A stretch of 64,000 nucleotides of DNA from an uncultured candidate division Zixibacteria bacterium. Lineage in GTDB: Bacteria; Zixibacteria; MSB-5A5; UBA10806. Under the pieces are notes generated by a model. That model was not told where the DNA came from, did no database searches, and saw nothing but the letters and a program-made list of their open reading frames with translations. Position 1 is the first letter of the stretch. Each line of letters begins with the position of its first letter. The position numbers and the translations under genes were made by a program. The DNA is taken from contig CAWFQL010000006.1 in NCBI GenBank assembly GCA_963817915.1, positions 32,001-96,000 on the forward strand, given 5' to 3'. Shown piece after piece: positions 12,292-23,773 of this stretch.

Positions 12292-13204
12292 TCAATTAAA
12301 TTTAATCGATTTTAGTTTGCTCAGCACGAATGGGTGAGTTTCCAGTGACGCTTGTTTTTGCAATGCCTTCAGCGCGTCTTTCCCCCAATTTTCCCGAGAG
12401 CCTCGACAGCAAAAGCCCGGGCATTATAATCATCTGTTGATAAAATCTTGATAAGAGGTTCAACTAATATCTCGTCCTTCAAATTGCCCGCGGTCTCGAT
12501 GAGAAGGTATAATGATATTTCATCGTTGGGATCGGCGAGACCATCGGCTATTGCTGGAACAGCGGGTGCTCCGATTTTTGTTAACGCCTCCATCGCCGAA
12601 TATCGAACGCCGTAATAAGGATCGGAGAGCGCCTCGACCAAAGGATTGACGGTATTGGAGTCGGCAAGCATTGAAAGCGAAATCGCCGCCGATGTCCTGA
12701 CGAGATAATCATCGTCTTTCAACGCCGCTAATGACGGCCGCACGCCTCGTTTGTCATTGATCTTACCCAACGCCGAGATGACTCCCGCTCTCATGCGGAA
12801 ATCGCGGTCCTCGATATATTCCAACAGACCATATACCGCGGAACTGTCTTTCATTTCACCGAGGACACGAGCCGACAATCGTCGACGATAAGGATCGACA
12901 GACCCCAACGCCTCGACCAACATCGGCACTGCCGGGCGGCCGATAATTTTGAATACGCTTTCGAAGGTCTGCATCTCGCGGGCGTCCTGTGTCTTCATTT
13001 TCTCGACCAGTCGCGGCACGGCCGGTTCTCCCATCGCGCCGAGCGCTTTGGTCGCAGGTTCGACAAGATCGCGATACATAACCATACCGGATGATGCCCG
13101 CACAAAAAGCGAATCGACAATATGATTAATTGAATCCGGCGGCGCTTGTGCAAATGAAACAGATAGCGGCCAAAAGCAATATTATCAATAATCAGCTTTT
13201 TCAT
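12292..13204 (-). CDS. HEAT/PBS-lyase repeat protein, apparently exported, with frameshifts near both ends
   Basis: Repeated VR..AA..LG units in ORF 12369..13103; ATG 13204 coupled to the upstream stop; an alternative frame continues to TGA at 12292-12294. Confidence 0.78.
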
Positions 13205-15066
13205 TTATCTATTCCTATGCCCCATTTGGATGACGGCCCCATCCACCAGGTAGAATCGGCACCATAACCACCGCCGAAACCATCCTTGCCCTGAAGATCG
13301 AGAACTATACCGATCGAGCCGTAATTTCTATCGGGACGGCCATATCCCTGAGTATTATCAGCCGAACGGACTATATAAATATCTTTGCCCTGAATATCGG
13401 CCAGAAGCCCAAAACCATTGGCGGAGCCTGCGCCTTGCGATAGATCGTAGGCGTTGTAGTTGTCGTTACCTGAGAGATCGAGGCAAATGCCGGTAGCGCG
13501 ATCATGACCGACTCCCTGCATCAAACCTTTGCCGAGATAGCTATCGTCTCCAGAAACTTCGTATATAATTCCCAGAGCCATGTGAGTGGCGCATCCCTGG
13601 GCATATTGGAATGATACATACTGGTCGTTGCCACCGCCATCGGATAGCACTCCGAGACCGTACCAATATCCTGTGCCCTGGGCGAAGATATCGGATATAT
13701 AAACGTCATTGCCGGACTTATCTATCAGCGCACCGATTCCGCCTGACATCTTCGGCCGGATACCATATGCGAATCCCTGTGATAATGATAGATAATGATC
13801 TTCATATCGAAGTACATCTTTATATTTCCCGCCGGCGAAATAGGTGTCATTGCCTGAATTATCCATCAGCATTCCGATACCATCGACAAATCCAAATCCT
13901 TGCGCGTACAACGCCGCCTGATAGGAGTCATTACCAGCGTCATCGCGGACTATGCCGACACCGAAACATCCCGCGCCTTGCGTAAATGTATCTCCGAAAT
14001 ATCGGTCATTGCCTTTTTTATCCCACAGAAAACCGACTCCGAAAAGACCTGCTCCCAATGTCCACGAGCGAGCGTTGTAAATGTCATCTCCTGAGAAATC
14101 GACAACCATCTGACCGCCGAAGAAATATGGCGAGATGCGATTCTTTGGCATGTTGTAGGTATCATCGCCGGAGAAATCGAAGATGTAGGTTTGATGACAG
14201 GTGCTATCCATCTGGATATTATAGATATCATTGCCGCCGGGATCGATAACGATGAATAGATTGCCGGTGTAGTTATCTGCGGAAGTATCGCCGATAATAA
14301 CCTGCCCGTATTCGGTTGAGAATGAAACAGGCTTGCAATTTTTAAAAATATCAGCCCAATTGGAATCTCTTAATAGCGAAAGAAACTCCAGATAATCATC
14401 GATAATTTCGCCTCTCCCCTGACAGCCATCCGCTAAGGTCACCAGCGCCTGAGCCCATTGATCCTCATATTGCGCGATGCTGTCGATAGCATCGACTGAT
14501 AAAAATTCGTCTTCGACATTCTCTTCGAGAAGCATAGTAAACCCCAAGGCCAGCGAATCGATTTGCGCCTTGGAATAATTTGTATACGCGGGCCAACTGC
14601 GCGGGTCGACAGCAGCCGCCAATTCAAATATCAATTTTAGAAATACATTTTGATATGGGCTCAGTTGCTTTGCGATTTTGGCCGGAATCATATCGGCATT
14701 GCTATTCTTTACAGGATGGAGAATCAATCCCGAGGTATTTTCTAAATCTGTCGATTGCATTTTTACGTAGCCAAAATCTTTGAGGCTATCGATCTTCAAT
14801 CTGCTGGAAGCATAGTCGATTATCTTCAATGGGTTTTTCATCATGGTATTGATGAATGGCATTCTGTAAACATCCTCTTCGAGATAGTCACCCCTGAATG
14901 TCAGATCGGCACGGGTCATCTTCATCGCCTTCAACGCCATATCGAGACCGTTTTGCAGGGAATCCATGGGGGCATATGCGATTTTTGACGTATCGATTTT
15001 CGCGGTTTGAGCAAAGATGCTTGTAGACATAAGCATGGCAAGAATAACGGCGAATCTGAATCTCAT
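13201..15066 (-). CDS. Secreted protein with many D-x-x-G-x-D-x-Y / QG-x-G repeats (probable Ca-binding beta-solenoid)
   Basis: Signal peptide MRFRFAVILAMLMSTSIFA from ATG 15066; more than 10 DxxGxDxY repeats. Confidence 0.75.
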   Translation of the reverse strand: MRFRFAVILAMLMSTSIFAQTAKIDTSKIAYAPMDSLQNGLDMALKAMKMTRADLTFRGDYLEEDVYRMPFINTMMKNPLKIIDYASSRLKIDSLKDFGYVKMQSTDLENTSGLILHPVKNSNADMIPAKIAKQLSPYQNVFLKLIFELAAAVDPRSWPAYTNYSKAQIDSLALGFTMLLEENVEDEFLSVDAIDSIAQYEDQWAQALVTLADGCQGRGEIIDDYLEFLSLLRDSNWADIFKNCKPVSFSTEYGQVIIGDTSADNYTGNLFIVIDPGGNDIYNIQMDSTCHQTYIFDFSGDDTYNMPKNRISPYFFGGQMVVDFSGDDIYNARSWTLGAGLFGVGFLWDKKGNDRYFGDTFTQGAGCFGVGIVRDDAGNDSYQAALYAQGFGFVDGIGMLMDNSGNDTYFAGGKYKDVLRYEDHYLSLSQGFAYGIRPKMSGGIGALIDKSGNDVYISDIFAQGTGYWYGLGVLSDGGGNDQYVSFQYAQGCATHMALGIIYEVSGDDSYLGKGLMQGVGHDRATGICLDLSGNDNYNAYDLSQGAGSANGFGLLADIQGKDIYIVRSADNTQGYGRPDRNYGSIGIVLDLQGKDGFGGGYGADSTWWMGPSSKWGIGIDK

Positions 15067-15173
15067 GGCGATAAGTATATCGACAAGTGAGAATGCAGTC
15101 AACAAATTATATGAATTTTCTAAGGTATTGCCATCAGAAAATGATTAACCTGTTTCAAATCCTCACTTCAGCG

Positions 15174-15260
15174 GTCATTGCGAGAAGTCCGGCAGCTGCC
15201 GGACGCCGAAGCAATCTGCGGGAAGCATCCTTCAGATTGCTTCGCTTCGCTCGCAATGAC
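15174..15260. repeat. GTCATTGCGAG...CGCAATGAC palindromic repeat element
   Basis: Terminal inverted repeats with internal GAAGCAATCT/AGATTGCTTCG; relatives at about 37385-37440 and 37565-37661. Confidence 0.8.
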
Positions 15261-15302
15261 ACGATCAACAAATTATATGAATTTTTGGATGGAGAAATTT
15301 TC

Positions 15303-16730
15303 CTAATACAGCCCGAATTTGGCGATGCGGTCTCTGAGGGTATTACGGGAAATACCGAGAATATCTGACGCTTTAACTTGATTGGAGCCGGTATATTTCA
15401 ATGCCGCTGATATCAACGCCTTCTCGAATCCTATCTGCAGATGATGGTAAACATGCCTGTCAGATATCGCCACCAGCTTTTCAAAATTCGGGCCGATGAT
15501 TTCATTGAACATCTTGGCGTAATCTTCTTCAACCTGTTCAAGGTCGATCTTCACGGTTTCTCTCTGTTCGGATAATACCGGGAAATGATCGGGAAGCAGT
15601 ACCTCGCTTTTGGCCATGACGACCGCGGTATGAATATTATTTTCCAATTCGCGGACATTGCCCGGCCAGGGATATTTCATCAAACCCTCTAATGCGGATT
15701 TGGAAAGCCCATCGATCTGCTTGCCGGTTTCTTCGGCGTATATCTTTATGAAATGATCTACCAAAAGCGGCAGATCTGATTTTCTCTCTCGTAATGCTGG
15801 CAGAAATACCGAGACGACTTTCAAACGATAAAATAAATCGACTCTGAATTTATCATCCTTGATCATATTGACCAATGATTTATTGGTGGCGGCTATAATT
15901 CGAACATCGACCTTGATAGTCTCTGTCCCGCCGACTCGTTCAAACTCCTGCTGCTGGAGGACTCGTAATACTTTCGATTGTGTCAATGGAGACATGTCAG
16001 CTATTTCATCGAGCAGTAATGTCCCGCCGTTGCAGACTTCGAATTTGCCTAATTTGCGGGTGTAGGCGCCAGTGAATGATCCTTTTTCATGGCCGAATAA
16101 TTCCGACTCCAATAATGTCTCCGGCAACGCGGCGCAATTGACCGACAAGAACGGTTTATCTTTGCGAAGCGAATTTTTATATATCGAACGAGCAACCAAT
16201 TCTTTACCGGTTCCGGATTCTCCCATAATCAGTACCGAAGCATCGGTTGCCGCGACCTGCCCGATAATTTTGGCAATTTCCACCATTTCGGGTGAACGGC
16301 CTATCAGTTCGCCGGGAATAAATTGCGGGTCGCGCGAGAATGGCTCCAGCCCTTTGAGGTGGGGTGTCTTTTTCATTACTCTATTTACGATTCCGGCGAT
16401 TTTGTCGAGATCGAACGGCTTGGTTACAAATTCATAAGCGCCCATCTTCATGGCTTCGATAGCGGCTTCAGTCGATACGAATCCGGTCATTATGATAACC
16501 GGCATGGAGGCATTGCCCTCTTTTATCTTGCTTAATATTTCAAGGCCGGAAAAATCAGGCAGGTTAACATCGAGCATGATAAGTGAAATATCGGGATCGG
16601 CTATTTTATTGAGCGCCTCAGCGCCGGTATTGGCGATTTTGATTCCGTAATCGAAATTATTTAGACATTCGCCAAGAGCCGAAATTATCTGAGGATCATC
16701 ATCAACGACCAAAACTGACTGCTTATTCAT
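15303..16730 (-). CDS. Sigma54-dependent response regulator (NtrC/AtoC family)
   Basis: REC domain (VVDDD, LDVNLP, KPF), GESGTGKE, ESELFGHEKGSFTGA, WPGNVREL, Fis HTH. Confidence 0.95.
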   Translation of the reverse strand: MNKQSVLVVDDDPQIISALGECLNNFDYGIKIANTGAEALNKIADPDISLIMLDVNLPDFSGLEILSKIKEGNASMPVIIMTGFVSTEAAIEAMKMGAYEFVTKPFDLDKIAGIVNRVMKKTPHLKGLEPFSRDPQFIPGELIGRSPEMVEIAKIIGQVAATDASVLIMGESGTGKELVARSIYKNSLRKDKPFLSVNCAALPETLLESELFGHEKGSFTGAYTRKLGKFEVCNGGTLLLDEIADMSPLTQSKVLRVLQQQEFERVGGTETIKVDVRIIAATNKSLVNMIKDDKFRVDLFYRLKVVSVFLPALRERKSDLPLLVDHFIKIYAEETGKQIDGLSKSALEGLMKYPWPGNVRELENNIHTAVVMAKSEVLLPDHFPVLSEQRETVKIDLEQVEEDYAKMFNEIIGPNFEKLVAISDRHVYHHLQIGFEKALISAALKYTGSNQVKASDILGISRNTLRDRIAKFGLY

Positions 16731-16868
16731 TCTATTCTTTCTCCGGATGATGAAAATTGAAGATTTTATTTATACTAAATATCTATGAAATTCTTGCCTG
16801 TCGCCAGGTTGAATCTATATCATCATCCAATAAGATAATCGGCAGATTAGACGGAATAATTAATCAGA

Positions 16869-18368
16869 CTAAAGCCCGGAAATCGGTAAAAAGGCATTTT
16901 GGATATTGACTATATCGTCGGACAGAATTCTATCGCCTGAATGTGGAGGCACATGTCCCCTTACCTCTTTGTATGCCCTCTGCAATATTGGCCCTGGCTT
17001 CAATGGAGATAGAAAATCAATACCGGCGCAGGCCGCCATCAATTCAATCGCCAGCACTGATTTAAGATTGGATATTATAGAGCGAGCCATACGGGCGGCA
17101 GTATATGACATGCTTACATGATCCTCCTGCCCTGCCGATGTCGGGATGCTATCTACAGCAGCCGGATGCGACAGAATTTTGCATTCGGATACTAATGCCG
17201 TGGCCGTAACATGGGCTATCATCATACCTGATTCCAAGCCGGGCTGTTTAGCCAGAAAAGGCGGCAATCCCGAGAATGATGAATCAATGAGAAGCGCAAT
17301 GCGCCGTTCGGAAATAGAGGCTAATTCAGTCATGGCGGCATTGAAATATGCCAATGTCAAACTCAGCGGCTCACCATGGAAATTCCCGCCGGACAAAATC
17401 TGACCATTCGATGGAAATACCAACGGATTATCGGTGGCCGAATTTATCTCGATTGAAAGCACGCGTTCAAGCTGCATTATGGCATCCCGCACCGCGCCAT
17501 GGACCTGCGGTATACAGCGCATTGAATACGGCTCCTGGATTTTCCCGCAGTTTTTATGTGAACGATTAATTTCCGAATTCTTAAAAAGCCTTCGAATATT
17601 CGCGGCGGTCGCTATCTGGCCAGGATGCGGCCTGACTTCCGAAATCTCTTTTGAGAATGGCTTGCAAGAACCGCGAACAGCCTCGATAGATAAAGCGCCA
17701 ATAATGTCAGCGCATTTGATCAACATGCGGGCATCGAGCAATGCCAGACTGGCAACCGCCGCCCCCGCCTGTGTGCCATTGATTAAGGCCAATCCTTCTT
17801 TGGGCTGAAGGATTAATGGTTTAATCCCAGCTGTTTGCATAGCAATGTTGCCGGAATATTTTTTGCCTTTGTAATGTCGCCTTGCCTTCGCCGATCAATA
17901 CCAACGCCAGATGAGCCAATTGCGCCAGGTCTCCCGATGCTCCCACTGAACCTTTTTCCGGAATCAGTGGATGGACACCCTTGTTCAGCATCCTTATCTA
18001 GTATTTCCGCCATTAACGGCCTTACGCCGGAATAGCCGCATGCCAGAGCATTGGCGCGCAAAAGCATCATCGCTCGCACTTCCTCTTCCGGCAGTGACGG
18101 CCCAACTCCGGCCGCGTGGCTTCTCAATAGATTTTTCTGCAATTTGGAAAGATCGGATAATGATATTTTTTTATCGGCCAATTTACCGAAAGCCGGTATT
18201 GAGTCCGTATACCGCAGTACCTGATTTGATAGCCTTATCAACCATCTTTTTGCTTTTGTTCATTTTGGCGATGGCAGATGCAGCCAGGGATGCCCGGGCA
18301 TTTTTTCTGGCGACTTTATCAATTTGTTCGAGTGAAAGATTATTTCCGTTTATCGATATTGATTTCAT
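16869..18368 (-). CDS. hutH: Histidine ammonia-lyase, interrupted by at least three frameshifts
   Basis: [19 protein letters not shown] motif [10 protein letters not shown] in an alternative frame near 17930-17960, [36 protein letters not shown]. Confidence 0.92.
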
Positions 18369-21244
18369 TATGATTTTTCCTTCTTCGCGCTATTCGATTT
18401 GGCGCTGAGCCAGCTATCAATGGTTTTAACTATCTCGTCGACACTACCCGGCTCTTATTTTTTTCCCGCCGACCGAATTTAAAAATATTCTCCCGAACGA
18501 GCTTTTTTCCAATCTGCTATCGAGAGCCACCACACATCCACTATCATTGGCAGTCCGAATTAATCGCCCGAATCCCTTGCCTGAATTTCACCACCGCCTC
18601 CGGCAATGACAGCATCGCGAAGGCGCTTCCGCCCTCTCGTTCGATTTTATCCAGATTCGCCTTGAACCAGGGACGATCGGGCACCGTGAACGGCAATTTG
18701 AACAATACCAAAAGCTCCAATAGTTCCCCCGGCAGATCGACACCTTCCCAGAATGTGTCTGTGCCGAAAAGCACGGCTCGTTTGGCGGCCTTGAAACGAC
18801 TTAATATCCTTTGGGAATTGTGCGAGCCATCTTGCGAAAATAGCTCAATGCCATTCTCGCTAAGTTCTTCTCTCAGGCTTTCGGTCGCGTTCTTCAATGA
18901 TCTATATGATGTAAATAAGACCATCGATTTTTTGGCCTTGGAGCATAATATTTTGCCCAATGATTCGATGGCGATATCTTCGAATGATTTTTCTTTCGGC
19001 GATGGCAGATATCCCGCCGATATTACGGCAACCTCGGAATCAATATCAAACGGCGAATCGAGACTTATCGACAGCACTCTTTCCTTCGAGGCTAAATCGA
19101 GCCCCAGACGTTGCCTGATATAATCGAAGTTTTTATTTACGGTCAATGTCGCCGAAGTGAATATGGCAGTTTTCAGATGATCGTAGAATTTTTTATCAAG
19201 TAATTTGCCGACCTCAAGGGGCGCGGACATTATCCGCGGTGAATGTCTCGGCGATGATGGCTTTTCGATCCAATATACATATTCGTTATTATCCGCAAAT
19301 AAAAGATCGTTGGCGGTCGCGTGAAACGTCTTGATATCCGATACAAAAGCGCCCGAGTCTGGAAATTAATTCATGCTTTTTGGGGATATCATTTGATTCG
19401 CCCAATGATTCAAGAAGCTTCTCCAGCCGCTCTAATAATTTGGCCAGGTCGCCGATGAATTCATCCCGCTCGGGAAATTTGCAGAGATTGGTTTCGCTGG
19501 TATAGGGAATTTCACGGGATTCGGTATTTGAATAAGATGATTTAATGGCTTCAGACAATTTTTCGAAAAACCGTCCGGCTGTATGGGTGACAGCCGTAAT
19601 AGAATCGATAACCGAATCGGTATCGGCGACAAGTTCCAGATTGCCCATGCCATGAAATACAATGGCGGATTTGAGATTGATCAAAAATCCGGTCTGTGTC
19701 GGCCGCGATGAATACATATCAGATAGCAGACCATCGAGATTCCGCCGGTCGAAAGAACTGCCCAGATATGAAGCCGCTACTTTCTCCAGATTATGGGCTT
19801 CGTCGAAAATTATATTGCCGGAATTAATCACCATTTCGCCGCCCGATGAAAAATCCGCGAAGGTCAGGTAATGATTGACTACTGTCACCTGGGCGGTCTG
19901 AGCTTCCTTTTTGATACGAAGCAGAAAACATTTATCGGCGTATTGACATCCCTGACCCAGACAGAAGCTTCCCTCGCATGAGATTCGGCTCCAGAGATAA
20001 TAATTTCCCGCGGGATTGAAGCCATTGCATTCGGAGATATCGCCGGTTTTGGTTTTATTCACCCACAATGTCAAACTTGCCAGTGCCTCCCGGTCCTGCC
20101 TGGCGAATGATGCCTCAGCTTCTACGAGGAGCTCATGAAATTTATAAAGACATACATAATTTCCTCTACCCTTGAGCAACGCCGCCTTGAATTGATATCC
20201 GACCGCTTTTTGGATTTGCGGAATATCTTTATAGAAAAGCTGTGATTGCAGGCTCTTGGTCTGGGTCGAGATAATTACATGCTCCCTATTTTGCGATGCC
20301 CACCACGACGCAGGCAAAAGATACGCTATCGATTTACCAACTCCGGTCGGAGCCTCAGCCAGTAGAAATTCGGAACGATTGAACGCGGCGGCGATATTGA
20401 CCGCCATATCTTTTTGCTGAGGGCGATACTCATACGGGGCTATCGACTTTGATAATATTCCGCCCGGCAGGAAATGATTTTCGACAGCCGCCAGATCGAC
20501 AGGGATAAAATCATCGTATTTTTCAGGCGGCGATTGGCCTATAATATTTTCCGGATATAGATCATCGATCGATTCGATAATATCAATTTTTTCATCGGCA
20601 TTAATGAGAAGCGATTTTTCCTCGATATTGAGCGGGGCAATCCCTTCCAACGATTGATAGAAATCTTTTATATACTCCGAGCCGAGCAAAAGGCGGCCGA
20701 CAGTATCTTTCGAAGGTGTAGGCAATGATGCCAGAAATCCGATTAATTTAAGATATATCGCTGAAGTCGCCAGAGCGTCATCGAGCGAGCGATGAGCACG
20801 CTTTCGTTTGATGACGAAATAATCGGAGAGACTTCTCAGACTGTAGCGCGGCAATCTCGGATACAGAATCCTGGCAAGAACTCCCGTATCCATTACGCGA
20901 GCCTCGTATTTTAAAGCTTTCTGTTTGGTTAGATGAGGCTTTAGAAATCCCAAATCGAATGCCACATTGTGACCGACCAGCCAGGGAGCTTTGTCAAGTA
21001 TCTTGAGAAATTCGTCGAGAGCATCGTCAATAGAAGGCGAATCCTCAACCATAGCATCATTGATACCGGTAAGCGCGGTAATCTCCGGCGGAATCTCAGA
21101 GCCGGGATTAATCAGCATTGAATATTGCTCGACGATGACGCCGTTTTCATAGCGGACAGCGCCTAATTCGATTATCTCACAGACTTTCGGATCGAGTCCT
21201 GTGGTCTCGAAATCTATAGCGACAAAATTATCGAATCTGCTCAT
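18368..21244 (-). CDS. dinG: DinG family helicase with N-terminal DEDDh 3'-5' exonuclease, at least three frameshifts
   Basis: IDFETTGL, HRSLDDA, EAPTGVGKS, FeS cysteines, DEAH, TSATL, FWEGVDLPG; QGFGRLIR in a shifted frame; reconstructed stop overlaps the hutH ATG. Confidence 0.9.
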
Positions 21245-21266
21245 TTGCTTTATAAATCATTAAATG

Positions 21267-22319
21267 CTAATTCTCGAATCCGCCTTTGGATTTCAATTTC
21301 TGATAATATTTGATAAGAATGTCGTTTGATTTCGACGCGCGACCGGCCGCACCTACAAGCCGTATTACATCGGCACGCGAAATCTTTACAGGTGGGCCCG
21401 TCAATGTCTGCACCGGATGTTTCCGCACAAGCCCCAATGTCACCACGGCAAGAAACAATGGCACGATCAGAAACATCCTGATCCCTTTATACTTTGTTGG
21501 GAAAATAGTCGAATAACTAATCGCGTCATCGAGATGGGAAATCGCATTGGTAGAAAGCTCATCAATCAATGCGGCAGCGGACCGATTATCGATTTTGAGT
21601 CCTGAGAAATCCGGTTTCAAGTCGTATTTTTTTATTATGTCAGACGGCAGGAAGCAGACACCCCGTGAACGGTCAACCGGAACGTCCTTGATTACATTAA
21701 CTTTCTGCAGGCCCAGTCCGAATGAATCATCGAAACGCCTTAATTGCGACGATATGGAATCATCGAGATTATAATGATCCACGAATAATTCTGTCATCAT
21801 ATGCCCGACCGTACCCGCTACATAATAGCAGTAACTATCCCAATCGGCGATATTTTCGAGGGCGCAGATATTGTCGGGGTTGCCCGACGGCAGCTGCGAA
21901 TATTCGGCCATACCGCCAGCCATTTCCGCTGCCCAATGATATATTATTTTTTTCTGTTCGGTTGGGAGTTCATCGAGAATTTCAAATAGCCTTTTAGAAT
22001 TTGCCAAAAGTCTGTAGTCATCACCGAGCGATAATTCAATTGACTCAAACAACGGAGAAATATTATCAGCCGATATCTTATTCCCATTGTAACCACGTTC
22101 GAGGATTTCCTTTAAATAAATCAGCTTTGCTTTCTTATCGAATTTGGGAATTATATCCGAATCCTCGATCGTATCCGCTACCCTGCACAAAAGGTAAGCC
22201 GTATTTACAGGATGTCTCAATCCCGGCGGCAGGAATTTTATCGCCAGCGCGAATGTGCGGCTAACCTTCGGCATGAATTCACGTACGAATGATTTACTAT
22301 CGGACCCAACAGCTTTCAT
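21267..22319 (-). CDS. Squalene/phytoene synthase family protein (squalene-synthase-like)
   Basis: VSRTFAL, YLLCRVADTIED, YCYYVAGTVG, GLGLQKVNVIKD. Confidence 0.88.
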   Translation of the reverse strand: MKAVGSDSKSFVREFMPKVSRTFALAIKFLPPGLRHPVNTAYLLCRVADTIEDSDIIPKFDKKAKLIYLKEILERGYNGNKISADNISPLFESIELSLGDDYRLLANSKRLFEILDELPTEQKKIIYHWAAEMAGGMAEYSQLPSGNPDNICALENIADWDSYCYYVAGTVGHMMTELFVDHYNLDDSISSQLRRFDDSFGLGLQKVNVIKDVPVDRSRGVCFLPSDIIKKYDLKPDFSGLKIDNRSAAALIDELSTNAISHLDDAISYSTIFPTKYKGIRMFLIVPLFLAVVTLGLVRKHPVQTLTGPPVKISRADVIRLVGAAGRASKSNDILIKYYQKLKSKGGFEN

Positions 22320-22404
22320 CGAGCGTAATTTAGCAATACGAAATTTCTAAATCCAGCCCTAAAGTATAAAATATTAAGACGAATAAGCTTGCGAATTATA
22401 TTAT

Positions 22405-22470
22405 GGGCGGCAGTCGTCATCGACTGCCCCCGAAAATAAATTTATAAAGGGCAGCCGGGACGGCTGCCGC
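22405..22470. repeat. GGCAGTC...GACTGCC paired palindromes
   Basis: GGGCGGCAGTCGTCATCGACTGCCCC plus GGCAGCCGGGACGGCTGCC; relatives at about 61692-61752 and 63960-63982. Confidence 0.65.
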
Positions 22471-22491
22471 TCAGCTATATCAGCTTGCGAA

Positions 22492-23223
22492 TTATTTTTC
22501 TAAAACCGCGATGGGGCTGAAATCGGTTTCGGTATCGTAATAATCTACTTTTTCAGATCGTTTGAGCCTATTGACAACCAAATATGTGATCGGAGTCGCG
22601 AATATCTCGTAACCAACCTTAAAGAACCATTGCGATAATATTGTCACCATAAGGGCCTGAGTACTCATTACATCAAAAAAGGCAATTGTAGTAAATATAG
22701 CTGAATCCGCGGCCTGCCCTACGATCGTTGAGCTGATCGTGCGCATCCAGAGATATCGTCCCTTGGTTTTGATCTTGAGTTTGGCAAGCACGAATGAATT
22801 TAAAAATTCCCCGATAAGATACGCTATGAATGACGCCAGTAACAACCGGGGAGTAAATCCTAAAATCGCGTCGAATGCCCTCTGCGCTTCCACAGGTGAA
22901 TCCAAATAGCCGGCTCTCCAGAATGGCGCGGCAGGAATCATCCCGGCGGCCAAAATCGCGAGTACCGCCATCAAATTGCAAAAGAATCCAATCCAGATTA
23001 CCTGGCGCGCCCGCGCGTATCCATAGACTTCGGTCAAGACATCGCCGATTATATATGTAATAGGAAATAATATCACTCCGGCAGGGAGAAATATCCCCTT
23101 GATAGATATAATTTTGACCGCGATAATGTTCGAGATAATCAGCGCGGTAACAAAAAGCCCGGCTATATATATGAACCAGCGATAATTTTTGTTGTTCGAT
23201 GAATTTTCTTTTTGAGTACTCAT
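22492..23223 (-). CDS. yhhQ: Queuosine precursor transporter (YhhQ/VUT family)
   Basis: SNIIAVK, FP..Y..GDVLTEVYG, R..LASF.AY, W.RTI.ST.VGQ..DS; adjacent to queF. Confidence 0.92.
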   Translation of the reverse strand: MSTQKENSSNNKNYRWFIYIAGLFVTALIISNIIAVKIISIKGIFLPAGVILFPITYIIGDVLTEVYGYARARQVIWIGFFCNLMAVLAILAAGMIPAAPFWRAGYLDSPVEAQRAFDAILGFTPRLLLASFIAYLIGEFLNSFVLAKLKIKTKGRYLWMRTISSTIVGQAADSAIFTTIAFFDVMSTQALMVTILSQWFFKVGYEIFATPITYLVVNRLKRSEKVDYYDTETDFSPIAVLEK

Positions 23224-23657
23224 AAACCCAAAGCCTTCCTGGCCGCCGGGGTCTTGGTATGCTCAGCATCTACATTGATACCGATGCCACCGCGAATATT
23301 GAATTGCCCCGTGATCTTGCACCAATGGGGATCGACTACTTTGATAAAATCATCGAGCATTCTATTTATCACATGCTCATGGAATGCCCCTTCATTGCGG
23401 AATGACCAGAGGTAGAGCTTGAATGATTTCGATTCGACTATCTTTTTATCCGGTATATATTGAACTGTAATATTGGCGAAATCCGGCTGGCCCGTGACAG
23501 GACAAAGGCAGGTGAATTCATCGGTCTCCAATGTCACCAGATAATATCTATGCGGTGCTTTGTTCGGAAACGCCTCGAGTTTCTTGCTCGGCGCGGCCTT
23601 GCGACCCAGGGCTATCAGCCCCTCGTTTTTTGATTTAGTTCTTTTCTTTAGCATCAC
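23220..23657 (-). CDS. queF: NADPH-dependent preQ0 reductase (type I)
   Basis: EFTCLCPVTGQPDFA, VESKSFKLYL, FHE, RGGI. Confidence 0.95.
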   Translation of the reverse strand: MMLKKRTKSKNEGLIALGRKAAPSKKLEAFPNKAPHRYYLVTLETDEFTCLCPVTGQPDFANITVQYIPDKKIVESKSFKLYLWSFRNEGAFHEHVINRMLDDFIKVVDPHWCKITGQFNIRGGIGINVDAEHTKTPAARKALGL

Positions 23658-23673
23658 TATTTTCCAACTCTGA

Positions 23674-23773
23674 GTAGGTCGGTGTTTGATCCGGCTCTGC
23701 CGGAGAAAACCCGACAGCTTGATTTAATGTCGGGTTCCTCTCCGCTTAAGGCGGATTCGGAACGCCGACCTAC
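23674..23773. repeat. 100-bp nested inverted-repeat (REPIN-like) element
   Basis: GTAGGTCGG...CCGACCTAC ends; internal AACCCGACA/TGTCGGGTT arms. Confidence 0.75.

Noticed and set aside
3614..21244. Programmed frameshifting or true pseudogenes in mutS2, hutH and dinG
   Set aside because: Multiple scattered single-base indels without slippery-site or stimulator pattern; assembly error is more parsimonious
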